A stretch of 64,000 nucleotides of DNA from an uncultured Prevotella sp. (GCA_900772835.1 CAAGSA010000071.1:9566-73565), one strand, 5' to 3'. Counted from the first letter of the stretch, positions 30,320-40,777 are shown. Numbers and translations: made by a program. Notes: generated from the sequence alone by a model not told the origin.

Positions 30320-30799
30320 ATGAAAAAGATAATATGCGGACTGCTGTTTATCCTGGCATGCGGCGCAACATTCACCGCCTGCTCTGACGACGACGACGAC
30401 TTGCAGAAGCACGCTACTGCTCCTGAAACGGCATCTGCCGGAACTTACTCGGGAACATGGACCAAGGCCCAGATTGGCGCAACCACTGAACATGCCACCG
30501 GCGAGGGAACTATGGTTCTCGCAGCTGCCGTTGACGAGAATGGAAACCAGATTCCCTACGCTACCACCGTCACGGTGAAAAGCGAGAGCCTGAAGCTCGA
30601 CAAGACGAGCATCGCCAATGTGGCATGGAGCAACGACAACATGTCGTTCTCAAGCCAGGTACTCTCCAACGGCTTCGGCACAAAGTTCAGCGGACGCGTT
30701 CTCGCCGACGGTTCTGCAAGCATTTCATTCACCATAACTGAAAAGCAGGGCCGCAAGACTTTCAACTACCTTTATACATTCAAAGGCAACAAGCAATAA
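30320..30799 (+). CDS. Small surface lipoprotein of unknown function
   Basis: Lipobox FTAC followed by an acidic SDDDDD export-type signal; beta-strand-rich. Confidence 0.8.
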   Translation: MKKIICGLLFILACGATFTACSDDDDDLQKHATAPETASAGTYSGTWTKAQIGATTEHATGEGTMVLAAAVDENGNQIPYATTVTVKSESLKLDKTSIANVAWSNDNMSFSSQVLSNGFGTKFSGRVLADGSASISFTITEKQGRKTFNYLYTFKGNKQ

Positions 30800-30890
30800 A
30801 GCAATAAAAAAACTAATAGGGCGTGGCGGAAGCACTTCATGACTCTCCGCCACCCCAAATAAAACATTAACATCAAAAATATAAATTATT

Positions 30891-31838
30891 ATGAAAAAGA
30901 GTTTACTTTTTGCTGCACTCGTTATGGGTGCCATGAGCGCAAACGCTCAGTCAGAGTATTGTGCAACTGATCCTGAATCTGCAGGCATCTCTTCTGAAGT
31001 TGCTGCCATCGCAGGCGGTACTGTTATAGGCCAGTCGGAGAACGTGACAATGAAGATTGCCTACGACGACAACTGCAAGTCTACCCAGATCAAGTTCCAG
31101 GACTACGACAAGATCCTCATCAACGGAACAGAGTATGAGGTAGGCAACGGCGTTACCGGTTCTACCAACCCTTCAGGCCAGGCTCTTGCCGACGGCGCTT
31201 CTACTGCTCCTTCAACAGGTTTCGTTGTGCAGTTCGACGTTAAGAAGGACGGCTACCTCACAGTAATCGGCAAGATTTCTTCAAACAAGGAGTACTATGT
31301 ATGGGAAGGCGATGCTACCTACGCTTCACCTATGGCCTACACTCTGGCAATGGACTTCTCTGCTGCTGCCAAGGCAGACGCTCCCACTCTGAAATACTCT
31401 ATCCCTGCAACAAGCGAGGGCTACGTGGATTTCGCTGCTGCCGACATCACTACATATCTGAACGGCACAAAGTTCTTCTGGCCTGAGCAGATAATCTTCG
31501 GTGCTGAGTCTGCAATCAAGAAGAACGGCGTAGGTGTCATCACATTCCCTGTATTCGCAGAGGCTGGTTCATACCTCGTACATGCTGCCGGTTCCAAGAT
31601 TTCCACCTGCGGTGCAGTATTCACGACAGAGCCTGTAACATCAGTTATTCTGAAGTCTACAGCCACTGAGAATACTCCTGCCGACTGTATCCTTATCGGC
31701 GATGCCACTGGCATCAGCAGCGTTGCCGCTTCTCAGGCCGACGCCAAGGCACCTGTGTACAACCTGGCTGGCCAGCGCGTGAACGCTAATTTCAAGGGTA
31801 TCGCTATCCAGAACGGCAAGAAGTTCATGGTTAAGTAA
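30891..31838 (+). CDS. Secreted protein with short T9SS-type C-terminal domain
   Basis: Signal peptide ending ANA-Q; C-terminus TGISSV...VYNLAGQRV...IQNGKKFMVK. Confidence 0.8.
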   Translation: MKKSLLFAALVMGAMSANAQSEYCATDPESAGISSEVAAIAGGTVIGQSENVTMKIAYDDNCKSTQIKFQDYDKILINGTEYEVGNGVTGSTNPSGQALADGASTAPSTGFVVQFDVKKDGYLTVIGKISSNKEYYVWEGDATYASPMAYTLAMDFSAAAKADAPTLKYSIPATSEGYVDFAAADITTYLNGTKFFWPEQIIFGAESAIKKNGVGVITFPVFAEAGSYLVHAAGSKISTCGAVFTTEPVTSVILKSTATENTPADCILIGDATGISSVAASQADAKAPVYNLAGQRVNANFKGIAIQNGKKFMVK

Positions 31839-31908
31839 TACACAAACATTGAGCGCATATTTTTTTCATATTGTCGCCTCTTGAACAAGCCGCGGCAATA
31901 GCATAACG

Positions 31909-31956
31909 GAAACTGCACCATAACAGCAAATGCTCTATGGCGCGGTTTCTTTTTTT
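31909..31956 (+). terminator. Intrinsic terminator of the susCD2 operon
   Basis: gaaactgcaccata/tatggcgcggtttc stem plus T7. Confidence 0.75.
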
Positions 31957-32407
31957 ATATACAATCCCGAAACTTCGGTTATTCAGCTTACCCCCAAAAA
32001 ACGGTTATTAGTCCGTTAAACCCTAAATCGGTCATTAAAGCTTGCTTGTACTTTGTTTTTTTTTATAAGAAATGAACAACATTCTATAATCCTGAAATTC
32101 CTGACAGAAAATTAATTCGTGGAAAAATTCGTGGATAATTTATGATAATTCGTGTTCAAAAAAATCATAATGAATTACCGCACACCAAGGCAGGAGGAAA
32201 AACAAATTAACATCCGTTTACGTTCTGCACCAATTAATTTAACACGCACATTTCGAAATTATTTACATTGTTCTTTACTCTTATTTCCCAATCCTGCCCG
32301 TTGCACGGTTTTCCGCTCCGACGAGCCTCCGGCAAAGCGCGGATATCTGTCGCTTTTTATTACAAAATCACTCAAAATCACCTCCGGGAACGGCTCATAC
32401 CCCCACT

Positions 32408-32473
32408 CGTTCATCAAAAACTTTTTGATCGTTCATAACGAACGGTTAAAGCGTTCATTACGAATGACCGAAA
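32408..32473. repeat. Degenerate 22-nt array (3 units)
   Basis: cgttcat at 32408, 32430 and 32452. Confidence 0.55.
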
Positions 32474-32685
32474 AGTTAGCCCTATTCTCCAAGAGCAAAA
32501 AACATATCCCATTGAAACACAACACTTTACGCGAAGCGGAAAATTTTGCGATTTTTCCGCACACTAATTCTTTTTTTCGCAAATACGCCATTCTCAGAGC
32601 GCGGAAGACACCATTATTTAACACTTCGGAAACGCAAATATGTTAAAAACAGTTTAAATCAGCCGCACGACAGCACTCGCCACGC

Positions 32686-33333
32686 CTACAGCTGTCCGCT
32701 CTCCACGAGCCTCACCACGCGCTCCGTCTCGCGGTCCTCGCCCTCGGGGTCGTATTTCTTGGTGAGGCTCGCGCCGAATGTCCAGGCGAACGCCTGGTAG
32801 AATCCGGCACGTATGGGGCCGAGGAACGCCTTTATCAGCTGATACGTGGAAGAGTTGCACTCGCGGTAGACGAGCTTTATGAGCAGCTTGCCCTGCGCAA
32901 AGGTGAGCTTCTTCATCCTCGGCATATACTCCTTCTTTATGCATTCCTCCACGAGCTTCAGATGCTTGTCCTTCGCCTTCTTGTTGGGCAGCGTCTGCAG
33001 ATATTCGTAGGTCTCGATTATGATGTGGTTCACTTCCTTGGCTATGGGCAGCACCTTCTTCACGTTGTACACCAGCCGCGTGTAGCGGCGGCGCGCCTTC
33101 TCCGACTTGAACACCTGCGGCGGATACACGTACACGTTGTTCAGCTCCACATACTGTATGCTGTCGCCGGCGTGCATCACGCGGCCCACCTTCACCATGG
33201 GCACGAACGTCGGACTCTCCATGTCCACCTCTCTGTCTTCCGGCTTCACGTCGCTTTCTATCTGCGCCGCCGCCGGCAGTGCGGCAATAGTGAGCAGCGT
33301 TGTCAGTATTATCGTCAGTATCTTTCTCATCAT
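32686..33333 (-). CDS. DUF4294 family protein
   Basis: Signal peptide from MMRKILT; RLVYNVKKVLPIA, KLTFAQGKLLIKL..RE, FGASL.K.YDP.GED. Confidence 0.8.
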   Translation of the reverse strand: MMRKILTIILTTLLTIAALPAAAQIESDVKPEDREVDMESPTFVPMVKVGRVMHAGDSIQYVELNNVYVYPPQVFKSEKARRRYTRLVYNVKKVLPIAKEVNHIIIETYEYLQTLPNKKAKDKHLKLVEECIKKEYMPRMKKLTFAQGKLLIKLVYRECNSSTYQLIKAFLGPIRAGFYQAFAWTFGASLTKKYDPEGEDRETERVVRLVESGQL

Positions 33334-33337
33334 GTGG

Positions 33338-33345
33338 CAAAAGTA
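33338..33345 (-). promoter_or_regulatory. -7 element abutting the DUF4294 start codon
   Basis: TACTTTTG-ccac-ATG. Confidence 0.65.
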
Positions 33346-33717
33346 ATGATAATAGTGCAGTTTACGTTGTTCTCCCCCCACATTTAACAGAATTTTGTTT
33401 ACGCAGAGATTATGGAAACCGTTCATTGTCGGAAGACAACAAGTCGGATATTTTCTTATTTACTAAAACATAACGCTGTTTTCCCATCGTTCACTCCAGT
33501 CTCTTTCGGGATAAAGGCATAATCCAAGCAAGCCCTAATTACCGATTTGGATTGAAGCATGGAATGCAAATAGCCTGGCATTACTACATTCGTCACACCG
33601 TATGGCCCATATAATAATATGTATGCAAGAAAGATAAACAGGCAAGTGACGGGAAACGACCTGTTCTGAAAAGCTACGCCTTATAATACGGCAGACGACA
33701 ACCGGTCAGGCTAATGA

Positions 33718-33779
33718 ATCAAAATTTGCAATTCTTTTCCTTGCAAATTTTGATTTGTATACGGTTTGCACTACCTTTG
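33718..33779 (+). promoter_or_regulatory. Promoter of the LTA-synthase-family gene with an overlapping 14-bp inverted repeat
   Basis: TTTG(33749)-N19-TACCTTTG(33772); atcaaaatttgcaa-N9-ttgcaaattttgat. Confidence 0.65.
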
Positions 33780-33826
33780 CCGCATAGAAACATTACAACT
33801 GGAAAAAATTTACTACAACTGGAAAA

Positions 33827-35773
33827 ATGAAAACGAACAAAAGATTTATTTTGTCCGTGGGATGGCTGTTGGCGTCGCATGCAGTGGCACTCGGCTTTCT
33901 CACGCTGTTTCGCATTGTGGAATTCATCTGCCTGCACTCGATGGTCACCGACACGCAGGCAAGCGCGGCAAGGGCATTTCTCAACGGACTGTGGTTCGAC
34001 AACGTGACGGCGTGCTACGTGCTGCTGCTGCCGCTCGCTGCAGTGGGCGCGACGGCTGCCGCAGGATACACACCGAAAAGACTGCGGCAATGCGCCATGT
34101 GGTGGTTCGCGGCACTGTACGCCATAGTGTTCATGGCATCGGCGGCAAACACGCCATACTTCCAGTATTTCTTCAAGAACATCAACTCGTCGATATTCGA
34201 ATGGTTCGGCTATGCTGCCACCACGGCGGGGATGGTGTTCCAGGAGAAATCGTACATACTGCACATTGCGCTCTACTTCGTCTTCACCACCGCATACATA
34301 TTGATAATGGTATATATGCGACGGTTCTTCGACAGGAAGATTGACAGCTGCGCGAAAGACCGCCGGCAGCCGCTGATGATAGCGGCGAGGGTGGCGGCAG
34401 TGGGGTGCCTCGTGCCGCTCTGCCTCTTCGGCATACGCGGCAGGAGGGGATACAACCCTATAAAAGTGAGCCAGGCATACTACTGCGATGACCCCTTCCT
34501 GAACCAGCTCGGCATCAACCCGGCATTCAACCTGCTCACCAGCACGCTCGACGACATGCGCCGCGAGAACCGCGACCTGCACCTCATGGCTGACAACCGT
34601 GCGGTGGGCATCGCACGGCAGGAACTCGGCATCAGCGGGGCAGCGGACAGCATGCACGTGGTGCGCCGCAACATCATGGCGGCTGACGGAACACCGCAGA
34701 AGCGCAACGTGGTGGTGATTCTAATGGAATCCATGTCGGCAAGCCTGCTCTCCACCTTCGGACAGGAGCAACACCTCACGCCCACGCTCGACTCGCTCTA
34801 CAGCCATTCACTCGCCTTCACACGCTGCTACAGTGCCGGAATACACACCAACCACGGCATGACGGCATCGCTGTATTCATTCCCCGCAATGATGTTCCGC
34901 AACCTGATGAAGGGCACCGTGACGCCACACCGCACGGGAATACCAACCGTGCTGAAGCACTACGGCTACCACAATATGTTCTTCATGACCCACGAGGCGC
35001 AGTACGACAATATGAAGGCGTTCTTCACCACCAACGGCTACGACGAAATCTTCGCACAGGAGAACTACCCCAAGGAGGAGGTGGTGAACAGCTTCGGCGT
35101 TTCCGACCACTATCTCTTCACCTACGCCCTCAACACCATCAACCGGCGTGCAGCCACCGGCAAGCCGTTCCTCGCCACGCTGCTCACCATCAGCAACCAT
35201 CCGCCATACGTCGTCCCATCTTTCTTCAAACCCAAGAGCCGCGAGCCGGAAAGCCAGATAGTGGAGTATGCCGACTGGGCTGTGGGCGATTTCCTGAGGA
35301 AGGCAAGCCGCGAGCCGTGGTATGCCAACACCATTTTCGTAATCCTTGCCGACCACGGCAAGCTCGTGGGCAAAGCCACCACCGAAGCACCGGAATCCTA
35401 CAACCACATACCGCTGCTCATCTTCGGTCCCGGAGTGCCGGTGATGCGCTACGACGGTCTCGCCACACAGGTGGACATTATGCCCACGCTGCTGTCCATG
35501 CTCAACATGAGCTACGAATACGACGGTTTCGGACAGGACCTGCTCCACGCTCCGCGCACGATGGTGTTCTATTCTGCCGACAATCAGATTATCGCACGCA
35601 ACGACAAGCTGGTATACGTATACAACCCGAAGATGCAGAAAAGCTTCTGCTATTCTGTTCTCCCCGATGGCTCTCTGAAGGAGACAGCCATGACAGCCGC
35701 CTTCAAACCGCTGCAGACATACGTGTTCGCAATGATCCAGACGGCACAGTTCGCACTGAAAAAGCAGAGATAG
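33827..35773 (+). CDS. LTA synthase / phosphoglycerol transferase family (sulfatase superfamily) membrane protein
   Basis: Five N-terminal TM segments; NVVVILMES, catalytic Thr in GIHT, TISNHPPY, ADHG. Confidence 0.87.
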   Translation: MKTNKRFILSVGWLLASHAVALGFLTLFRIVEFICLHSMVTDTQASAARAFLNGLWFDNVTACYVLLLPLAAVGATAAAGYTPKRLRQCAMWWFAALYAIVFMASAANTPYFQYFFKNINSSIFEWFGYAATTAGMVFQEKSYILHIALYFVFTTAYILIMVYMRRFFDRKIDSCAKDRRQPLMIAARVAAVGCLVPLCLFGIRGRRGYNPIKVSQAYYCDDPFLNQLGINPAFNLLTSTLDDMRRENRDLHLMADNRAVGIARQELGISGAADSMHVVRRNIMAADGTPQKRNVVVILMESMSASLLSTFGQEQHLTPTLDSLYSHSLAFTRCYSAGIHTNHGMTASLYSFPAMMFRNLMKGTVTPHRTGIPTVLKHYGYHNMFFMTHEAQYDNMKAFFTTNGYDEIFAQENYPKEEVVNSFGVSDHYLFTYALNTINRRAATGKPFLATLLTISNHPPYVVPSFFKPKSREPESQIVEYADWAVGDFLRKASREPWYANTIFVILADHGKLVGKATTEAPESYNHIPLLIFGPGVPVMRYDGLATQVDIMPTLLSMLNMSYEYDGFGQDLLHAPRTMVFYSADNQIIARNDKLVYVYNPKMQKSFCYSVLPDGSLKETAMTAAFKPLQTYVFAMIQTAQFALKKQR

Positions 35774-35994
35774 AAACACAGAAAGCAACTTTTTGTCGAT
35801 ATTCCCTCCGGAATGCCAGTTCGTCCCACTGGCATTCCCCCTGCAGGCAATCATTTGGGGATTGGAGAAACAGCCTATGTCCGCAACCCGCCAACGAAGG
35901 CTATCTCTCTAATTCTCAAATCATTCTGAAAATAAAAAAGAAAACTTTTTATCATAAAAATGCGCTAATTCTCCGCATTTTTTGTTTTTTTTAT

Positions 35995-36002
35995 TACTTT
36001 TG
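35995..36002 (+). promoter_or_regulatory. -7 promoter element
   Basis: TACTTTTG 40 nt upstream of ATG 36043. Confidence 0.65.
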
Positions 36003-36042
36003 CACGTATATATTCATTATCTATTACTAATTAATAACGCGT

Positions 36043-39000
36043 ATGAAAACACAATTAGTTTCTGCGTTCCTTTTGTTATGCACCACAGCATTCGGCCAAG
36101 GACAACTTGGCAAATACCCGAAGCCGAATGAAGGGAAAACAAACGGAAAACAAATCACGACGGTGAAAAAGCCGATCATTTCTCCATTCTACGGAGAAAG
36201 AAAGTTCAGAATCGCAAACGACAACAAGCCGGCTCTCGTCAAGAACGTCGGTGACAACAGCAACCTCTACGGCAGCCTCGTATTCTCAGAGGCAATGACC
36301 GACGAGAGCCAGTACGGCATCTACAGCTTCACGGCTACGCCATCCACAACCGTAAGCCCCGTGAAGACCGACGCAAGCTTCAAGTCGAAAGCTGCCGTAT
36401 ACGCAAACGGCAAGTACTACGCCTTCTATATGGAGGAGGCATGGGGATGGGTGATATATATGGCATGCAGCGTGTACAACCCCGAAACATGGGAAGTGGA
36501 AAAGGTTATGGAGCCTTCCACGGAATGGAAGAACTTCGTCAACTCGTCGGCTGTGACCTACGACGAGCAGACGAAGAAGATATACGCCGTGACAAGCGAA
36601 GACTACGGCGGCCCGTATATCCTCAGCACGATGAACGAAGAGGACGGCAGCTTCGAGAAGGTGGCAGACCTGGAGCGCTCATACCTCACGCTGGCTGCCT
36701 CGCCAAACGGTGTGCTCTACGGCATCTCCGACTTCGGCATGCTCTACAGGATAGACAAAGCCACCGGTGAATCCACACTCATCGGCGACACGAAGCAGAG
36801 GCCGAAGTTCTCGCAGTCGATGACATTCGACCCGAACACCGGACTCCTCTACTGGGGATTCATGAACGACACCAGTTCGGCACTCTACCAGCTGAACACC
36901 ACCACCGCCACAGCATACAAGGTATGCGACATGCCGGAGCACGAGGAGTTCATCGGACTCTTCGTGAAGAAGGCTGAAGTGGCAGACAAGGCACCGATGC
37001 CCGTAACAGGACTCTCGTTCATACCCAACGTATACGGCGGCACCGTGGGAAGCATCCTCTGCCAGGCACCTACAAAGGCTGCCGACGGCACTGACCTCAC
37101 GGGACAGGTGACGGTGAAAATCTGCTCGGGCGACGAAACACTGACTGAACAGACCGTGGCTCCGGGAGAAACGGTGAGAAGAGACAACGTGTCGTTCGAC
37201 GCCAACAAGCTCTACTCGCTCTTCGCAAACGCATCCAACGAGGCAGGACAGAGCAGCAAGGCCACTACAACGGTATTCATCGGAAAGGACGTGGCTACAT
37301 CGCCGTCGAACGTGAACGTAACGCTGAACGACAAAGTGGCTACACTCACATGGGAAGCTCCTACGGCAGGTGTGAACGACGGATACATCAACCCGAGCGA
37401 AGTGACATACAACGTGACGAGGCTCATGGGTGGTTCTTCTACTGTTGTTGCCAAGAACACAAAGAAGACAACCTTCAAGGAGATTCTGCCGAACGCTACC
37501 GGAAAATACAGCTACACCGTAACAGCATGCAGCAACGGTGCCGAAGGCGGAAGCGCCACATCGAACAGCGTGCTCTCGATAGGATCATACGAACTGCCCT
37601 ACTCTGAGGACTTCAGCGACGGAGACGCATGCAAGCAGCTCTTCACCATCGTAGACGTGGACAACGACGGAGACGACAACCAGGCTAAATGGTTCTGGAA
37701 GGAAGACGAAAAGCTCATGCAGTATTGCTCCAACGGCGCGAACATAGGCAACGACTGGCTCTTCACTCCGGCAATACACTTCGACGGAAAGCACATGTAC
37801 AAACTCAAGTTCGACATCAACATGGGCGCCACTTCGAACCTAATGGTGACTGTGGGCAAGACTGCCACACCCGACAACCAGACCGAAATCATCGACCTCA
37901 ACGAAGTTTACGAATCATGGCAGACAACGCACGAAGCCACATTCACCGTGCCCGACGACGGCAACTACTACATCGGATTCTACAACTACAGCAATGCCGG
38001 CAGCACATACTTCAACCTGTTCAACATCAACATCGAGCAGGGAATAGAGTCTGACGTGCCCGAGGCTGTAAGCGACTACACCGTAACGGCAGACCTGAAC
38101 GGCGCCAACGCCGCAACCCTGCAGTTCAATGCCCCCGAGAAACTGCTCAACGGCAAGGACATCAGCGGCAGTATGAACATCCACGTATATACAGTGGAGA
38201 CGCAGCAGAGCGAGGATGGTGACGAGGAAAACACCGTGACCAAGGACACCGAGATAAAGACACTCACCGCCACCGCAGGACAGGCAATCTCATACAAGGA
38301 CGAAAATGCCAAGAACGGCAACAACACATACAAGGTTGTGGCTGAATACAACGGCAAGAAGGGTCTCGACGTGAGCAAGACCGTATGGGCAGGATACGAC
38401 GTGTCCGAACCTGTGAAGAACCTCAAGCTCAGAACCGTCGACGGCAATATGCACGTGAAGCTCACATGGGATGCACCGGAAAAGGGCGAGAACGGAGGAT
38501 ACTTCAACATCAACGACATCACGTACACCGTATGGCGCAGCCTCGACAAGAAGACCTTCTCACCAGTAGAAACAAACATCACGGAACTGACCTACACCGA
38601 CACCAGCATCGAGGAAGAGGTGCAGGACATGCAGGAAGTATACTACTATGCAGTGACAGCCGACAACCAGGCTGGAACGAGCAAGGGAGCAACACAGTTC
38701 ATCGGCGTAGGAAAACCGTACAACTTCCCCGTAGCCGAGTCATTCAAGGGCGGCAGACTCAACCTCAACCCGTGGTCGTACAAGAACGTGCAGGGCTCAC
38801 TCGGATGGGAGACACTGCGCTCCGACGACGGTGGAGGCTCACCGCAGGACAACGACGGAGGATTCGTGAAGTTCATGAACCAGTGGGGCGACTACTGTGT
38901 AGACAGCCGACTCATCACTCCAGTAATATCAATGGACGGCACCACCACTCCTACATTCAGCTTCTACATGTTCCACTGGGAGCAGAGCTCTGTCGAATCC

Positions 39001-40539
39001 GACAACAAGCAGACGAAGCTCATGATTGAGGTGGCACCCGACGGAGGCGACTTCGACGAACCAATCGCCACATTCACCGCGGCAAACGAGAAGTACGGAT
39101 GGATCGAACACCGCGTATCGCTCGAAAAATACAAGAACTGCAAATACATCCAGGTAGCACTGAGAGGATATACCGACAACGACTGGATGTACTACTACGT
39201 GGACAACATCCACTTCGACGAGCAGAAAGACAACGACCTCGCCGTGGCTACATTCGACGGACCGGAGAATGCAAACATCAACGACGACTGCACATTCTCT
39301 CTCACCTACTCCAACAGAGGAAACAAGAGCGCCAAGGACTACACCATCGTGCTGAAGCAGGACGACGAGACCATCAGCACCGTCAGCGGCGACGAGATGG
39401 CACCGGGCGAGGCAAAGACCATAGAGCTCCACGCCAAAGTGAACGCCACAACAGCAGGAAAGGACGTAACGTTCAAGGCAGAGGTGGTATACGACAAGGA
39501 CGAGGATGCCGACAACAACACCTCTGCCACAATATACACCAAAGTGAAGCCTTCAAGCTATCCTTGCGTTACAGACCTGAACACCACAAAGAGCGGCAGC
39601 AACGCAAGCCTCACATGGACAGCGCCCGTTCTGCCTACAGCCGACGAGGCTACAGTGGACGGAATGGAAGACTACACATCGTTCGCAATATCAGGCTTCG
39701 GCGACTGGATTACCTACGACGGCGACAAGCTCGGCAGCGGCAAGCTGACACAGCTGCCATACTTCGACAACGAGAACGCAGACAAGGCATTCCAGGTATG
39801 GTGCCCGATGGCTCTCGGACTTGACGCAGAGTCTGCACCGAACCTCATGCCTTACAACGGAGACAAGTGCCTCATAGCATGGTATGCAAACATCAGCATG
39901 GACGGCGCACAGCCGTACAACGACGACTACCTCATCTCGCCGGCAATAAAGGGCGGCACCGAAGTATCGTTCTATATGAAGAAGATTGACAAGAACCTGA
40001 CGGGAGAGACATACGAAATCATGTACTCCACCACCACACAGGATCCGTCAGCATTCAAGGTCCTCACAACCGACGAGGCTCCAGCCGAATGGCAGCAGAT
40101 AAAGGCAACAATGCCTGAGGATGCAAAATACTTCGCAATCCACTACACAGCGAAGCTCAAGGACGGAATCATGGTAGACGACATCAGCTACGTGCCCGTG
40201 CTCTACGCTCTGTCGGTAGACGGATTCAACGTGTTCCGCAACGGCAAGCAGATGAACGAGGAGACTCTCAAGACAGCCAACTTCACCGACAAGAACATCG
40301 GCGAGGAGCGTCAGGGCTACCAGGTATCAGTGGTATACAACCTCGGCGAGTCAAACGCATCCGACATCGTATACGTAAACGACGTATCCGACATAGAGAA
40401 CGTGGCTGAACTCAAGAGCGACAGCTACACCATCTACTCAATCGACGGCAGACTCATCGGCTCCAACCTGAAGAAGATGCCTGCACTGCGCGCCGGTTCC
40501 TACATCATCAACAACAAGAAGGTGGTTATCCGCAAATAA
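36043..40539 (+). CDS. Large T9SS cargo surface protein (propeller-like repeats, FN3-like, cleaved-adhesin-like and CARDB-like modules)
   Basis: Signal peptide; repeated LTW.AP, DWLFTP/RLITP/DYLISP, DNI/DDI motifs; C-terminal IYSIDGR...YIINNKKVVIRK. Confidence 0.8.
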   Translation: MKTQLVSAFLLLCTTAFGQGQLGKYPKPNEGKTNGKQITTVKKPIISPFYGERKFRIANDNKPALVKNVGDNSNLYGSLVFSEAMTDESQYGIYSFTATPSTTVSPVKTDASFKSKAAVYANGKYYAFYMEEAWGWVIYMACSVYNPETWEVEKVMEPSTEWKNFVNSSAVTYDEQTKKIYAVTSEDYGGPYILSTMNEEDGSFEKVADLERSYLTLAASPNGVLYGISDFGMLYRIDKATGESTLIGDTKQRPKFSQSMTFDPNTGLLYWGFMNDTSSALYQLNTTTATAYKVCDMPEHEEFIGLFVKKAEVADKAPMPVTGLSFIPNVYGGTVGSILCQAPTKAADGTDLTGQVTVKICSGDETLTEQTVAPGETVRRDNVSFDANKLYSLFANASNEAGQSSKATTTVFIGKDVATSPSNVNVTLNDKVATLTWEAPTAGVNDGYINPSEVTYNVTRLMGGSSTVVAKNTKKTTFKEILPNATGKYSYTVTACSNGAEGGSATSNSVLSIGSYELPYSEDFSDGDACKQLFTIVDVDNDGDDNQAKWFWKEDEKLMQYCSNGANIGNDWLFTPAIHFDGKHMYKLKFDINMGATSNLMVTVGKTATPDNQTEIIDLNEVYESWQTTHEATFTVPDDGNYYIGFYNYSNAGSTYFNLFNINIEQGIESDVPEAVSDYTVTADLNGANAATLQFNAPEKLLNGKDISGSMNIHVYTVETQQSEDGDEENTVTKDTEIKTLTATAGQAISYKDENAKNGNNTYKVVAEYNGKKGLDVSKTVWAGYDVSEPVKNLKLRTVDGNMHVKLTWDAPEKGENGGYFNINDITYTVWRSLDKKTFSPVETNITELTYTDTSIEEEVQDMQEVYYYAVTADNQAGTSKGATQFIGVGKPYNFPVAESFKGGRLNLNPWSYKNVQGSLGWETLRSDDGGGSPQDNDGGFVKFMNQWGDYCVDSRLITPVISMDGTTTPTFSFYMFHWEQSSVESDNKQTKLMIEVAPDGGDFDEPIATFTAANEKYGWIEHRVSLEKYKNCKYIQVALRGYTDNDWMYYYVDNIHFDEQKDNDLAVATFDGPENANINDDCTFSLTYSNRGNKSAKDYTIVLKQDDETISTVSGDEMAPGEAKTIELHAKVNATTAGKDVTFKAEVVYDKDEDADNNTSATIYTKVKPSSYPCVTDLNTTKSGSNASLTWTAPVLPTADEATVDGMEDYTSFAISGFGDWITYDGDKLGSGKLTQLPYFDNENADKAFQVWCPMALGLDAESAPNLMPYNGDKCLIAWYANISMDGAQPYNDDYLISPAIKGGTEVSFYMKKIDKNLTGETYEIMYSTTTQDPSAFKVLTTDEAPAEWQQIKATMPEDAKYFAIHYTAKLKDGIMVDDISYVPVLYALSVDGFNVFRNGKQMNEETLKTANFTDKNIGEERQGYQVSVVYNLGESNASDIVYVNDVSDIENVAELKSDSYTIYSIDGRLIGSNLKKMPALRAGSYIINNKKVVIRK

Positions 40540-40553
40540 CAAATCCCTCTAAT

Positions 40554-40605
40554 AAAGAAAAGTCCATACCACAGGATCAACTCCCGGGTATGGACTTTTC
40601 TTTTT
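40554..40605 (+). terminator. Intrinsic terminator
   Basis: 17-bp stem aaagaaaagtccatacc/ggtatggacttttcttt. Confidence 0.85.
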
Positions 40606-40745
40606 GCCAAACTATTCCCTTCCCTGCATTTTATTACTGTTTGGAATCCAACTATACTACTTTTTCCTGCCACCGGAGCACCGGCAGAAACCCGCCGAGG
40701 CGACAGGAACAAGAGTGGAAGACGGAGGATGAAGAGCAATAAATA

Positions 40746-40777
40746 TTTGGGGGATAATCTTTATTTGCGTAACTTTG
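40746..40777 (+). promoter_or_regulatory. Promoter (-33/-7) upstream of the 22-nt array and the membrane protein gene
   Basis: TTTG-N20-TAACTTTG. Confidence 0.7.

Noticed and set aside
32152..32646. 164-aa ORF in the AT-rich gap
   Set aside because: GTG start, atypical composition, overlaps decayed repeats, no recognisable motif or promoter
33718..33754. Invertible promoter
   Set aside because: The inverted repeats enclose only 9 nt rather than a promoter, and no invertase is present
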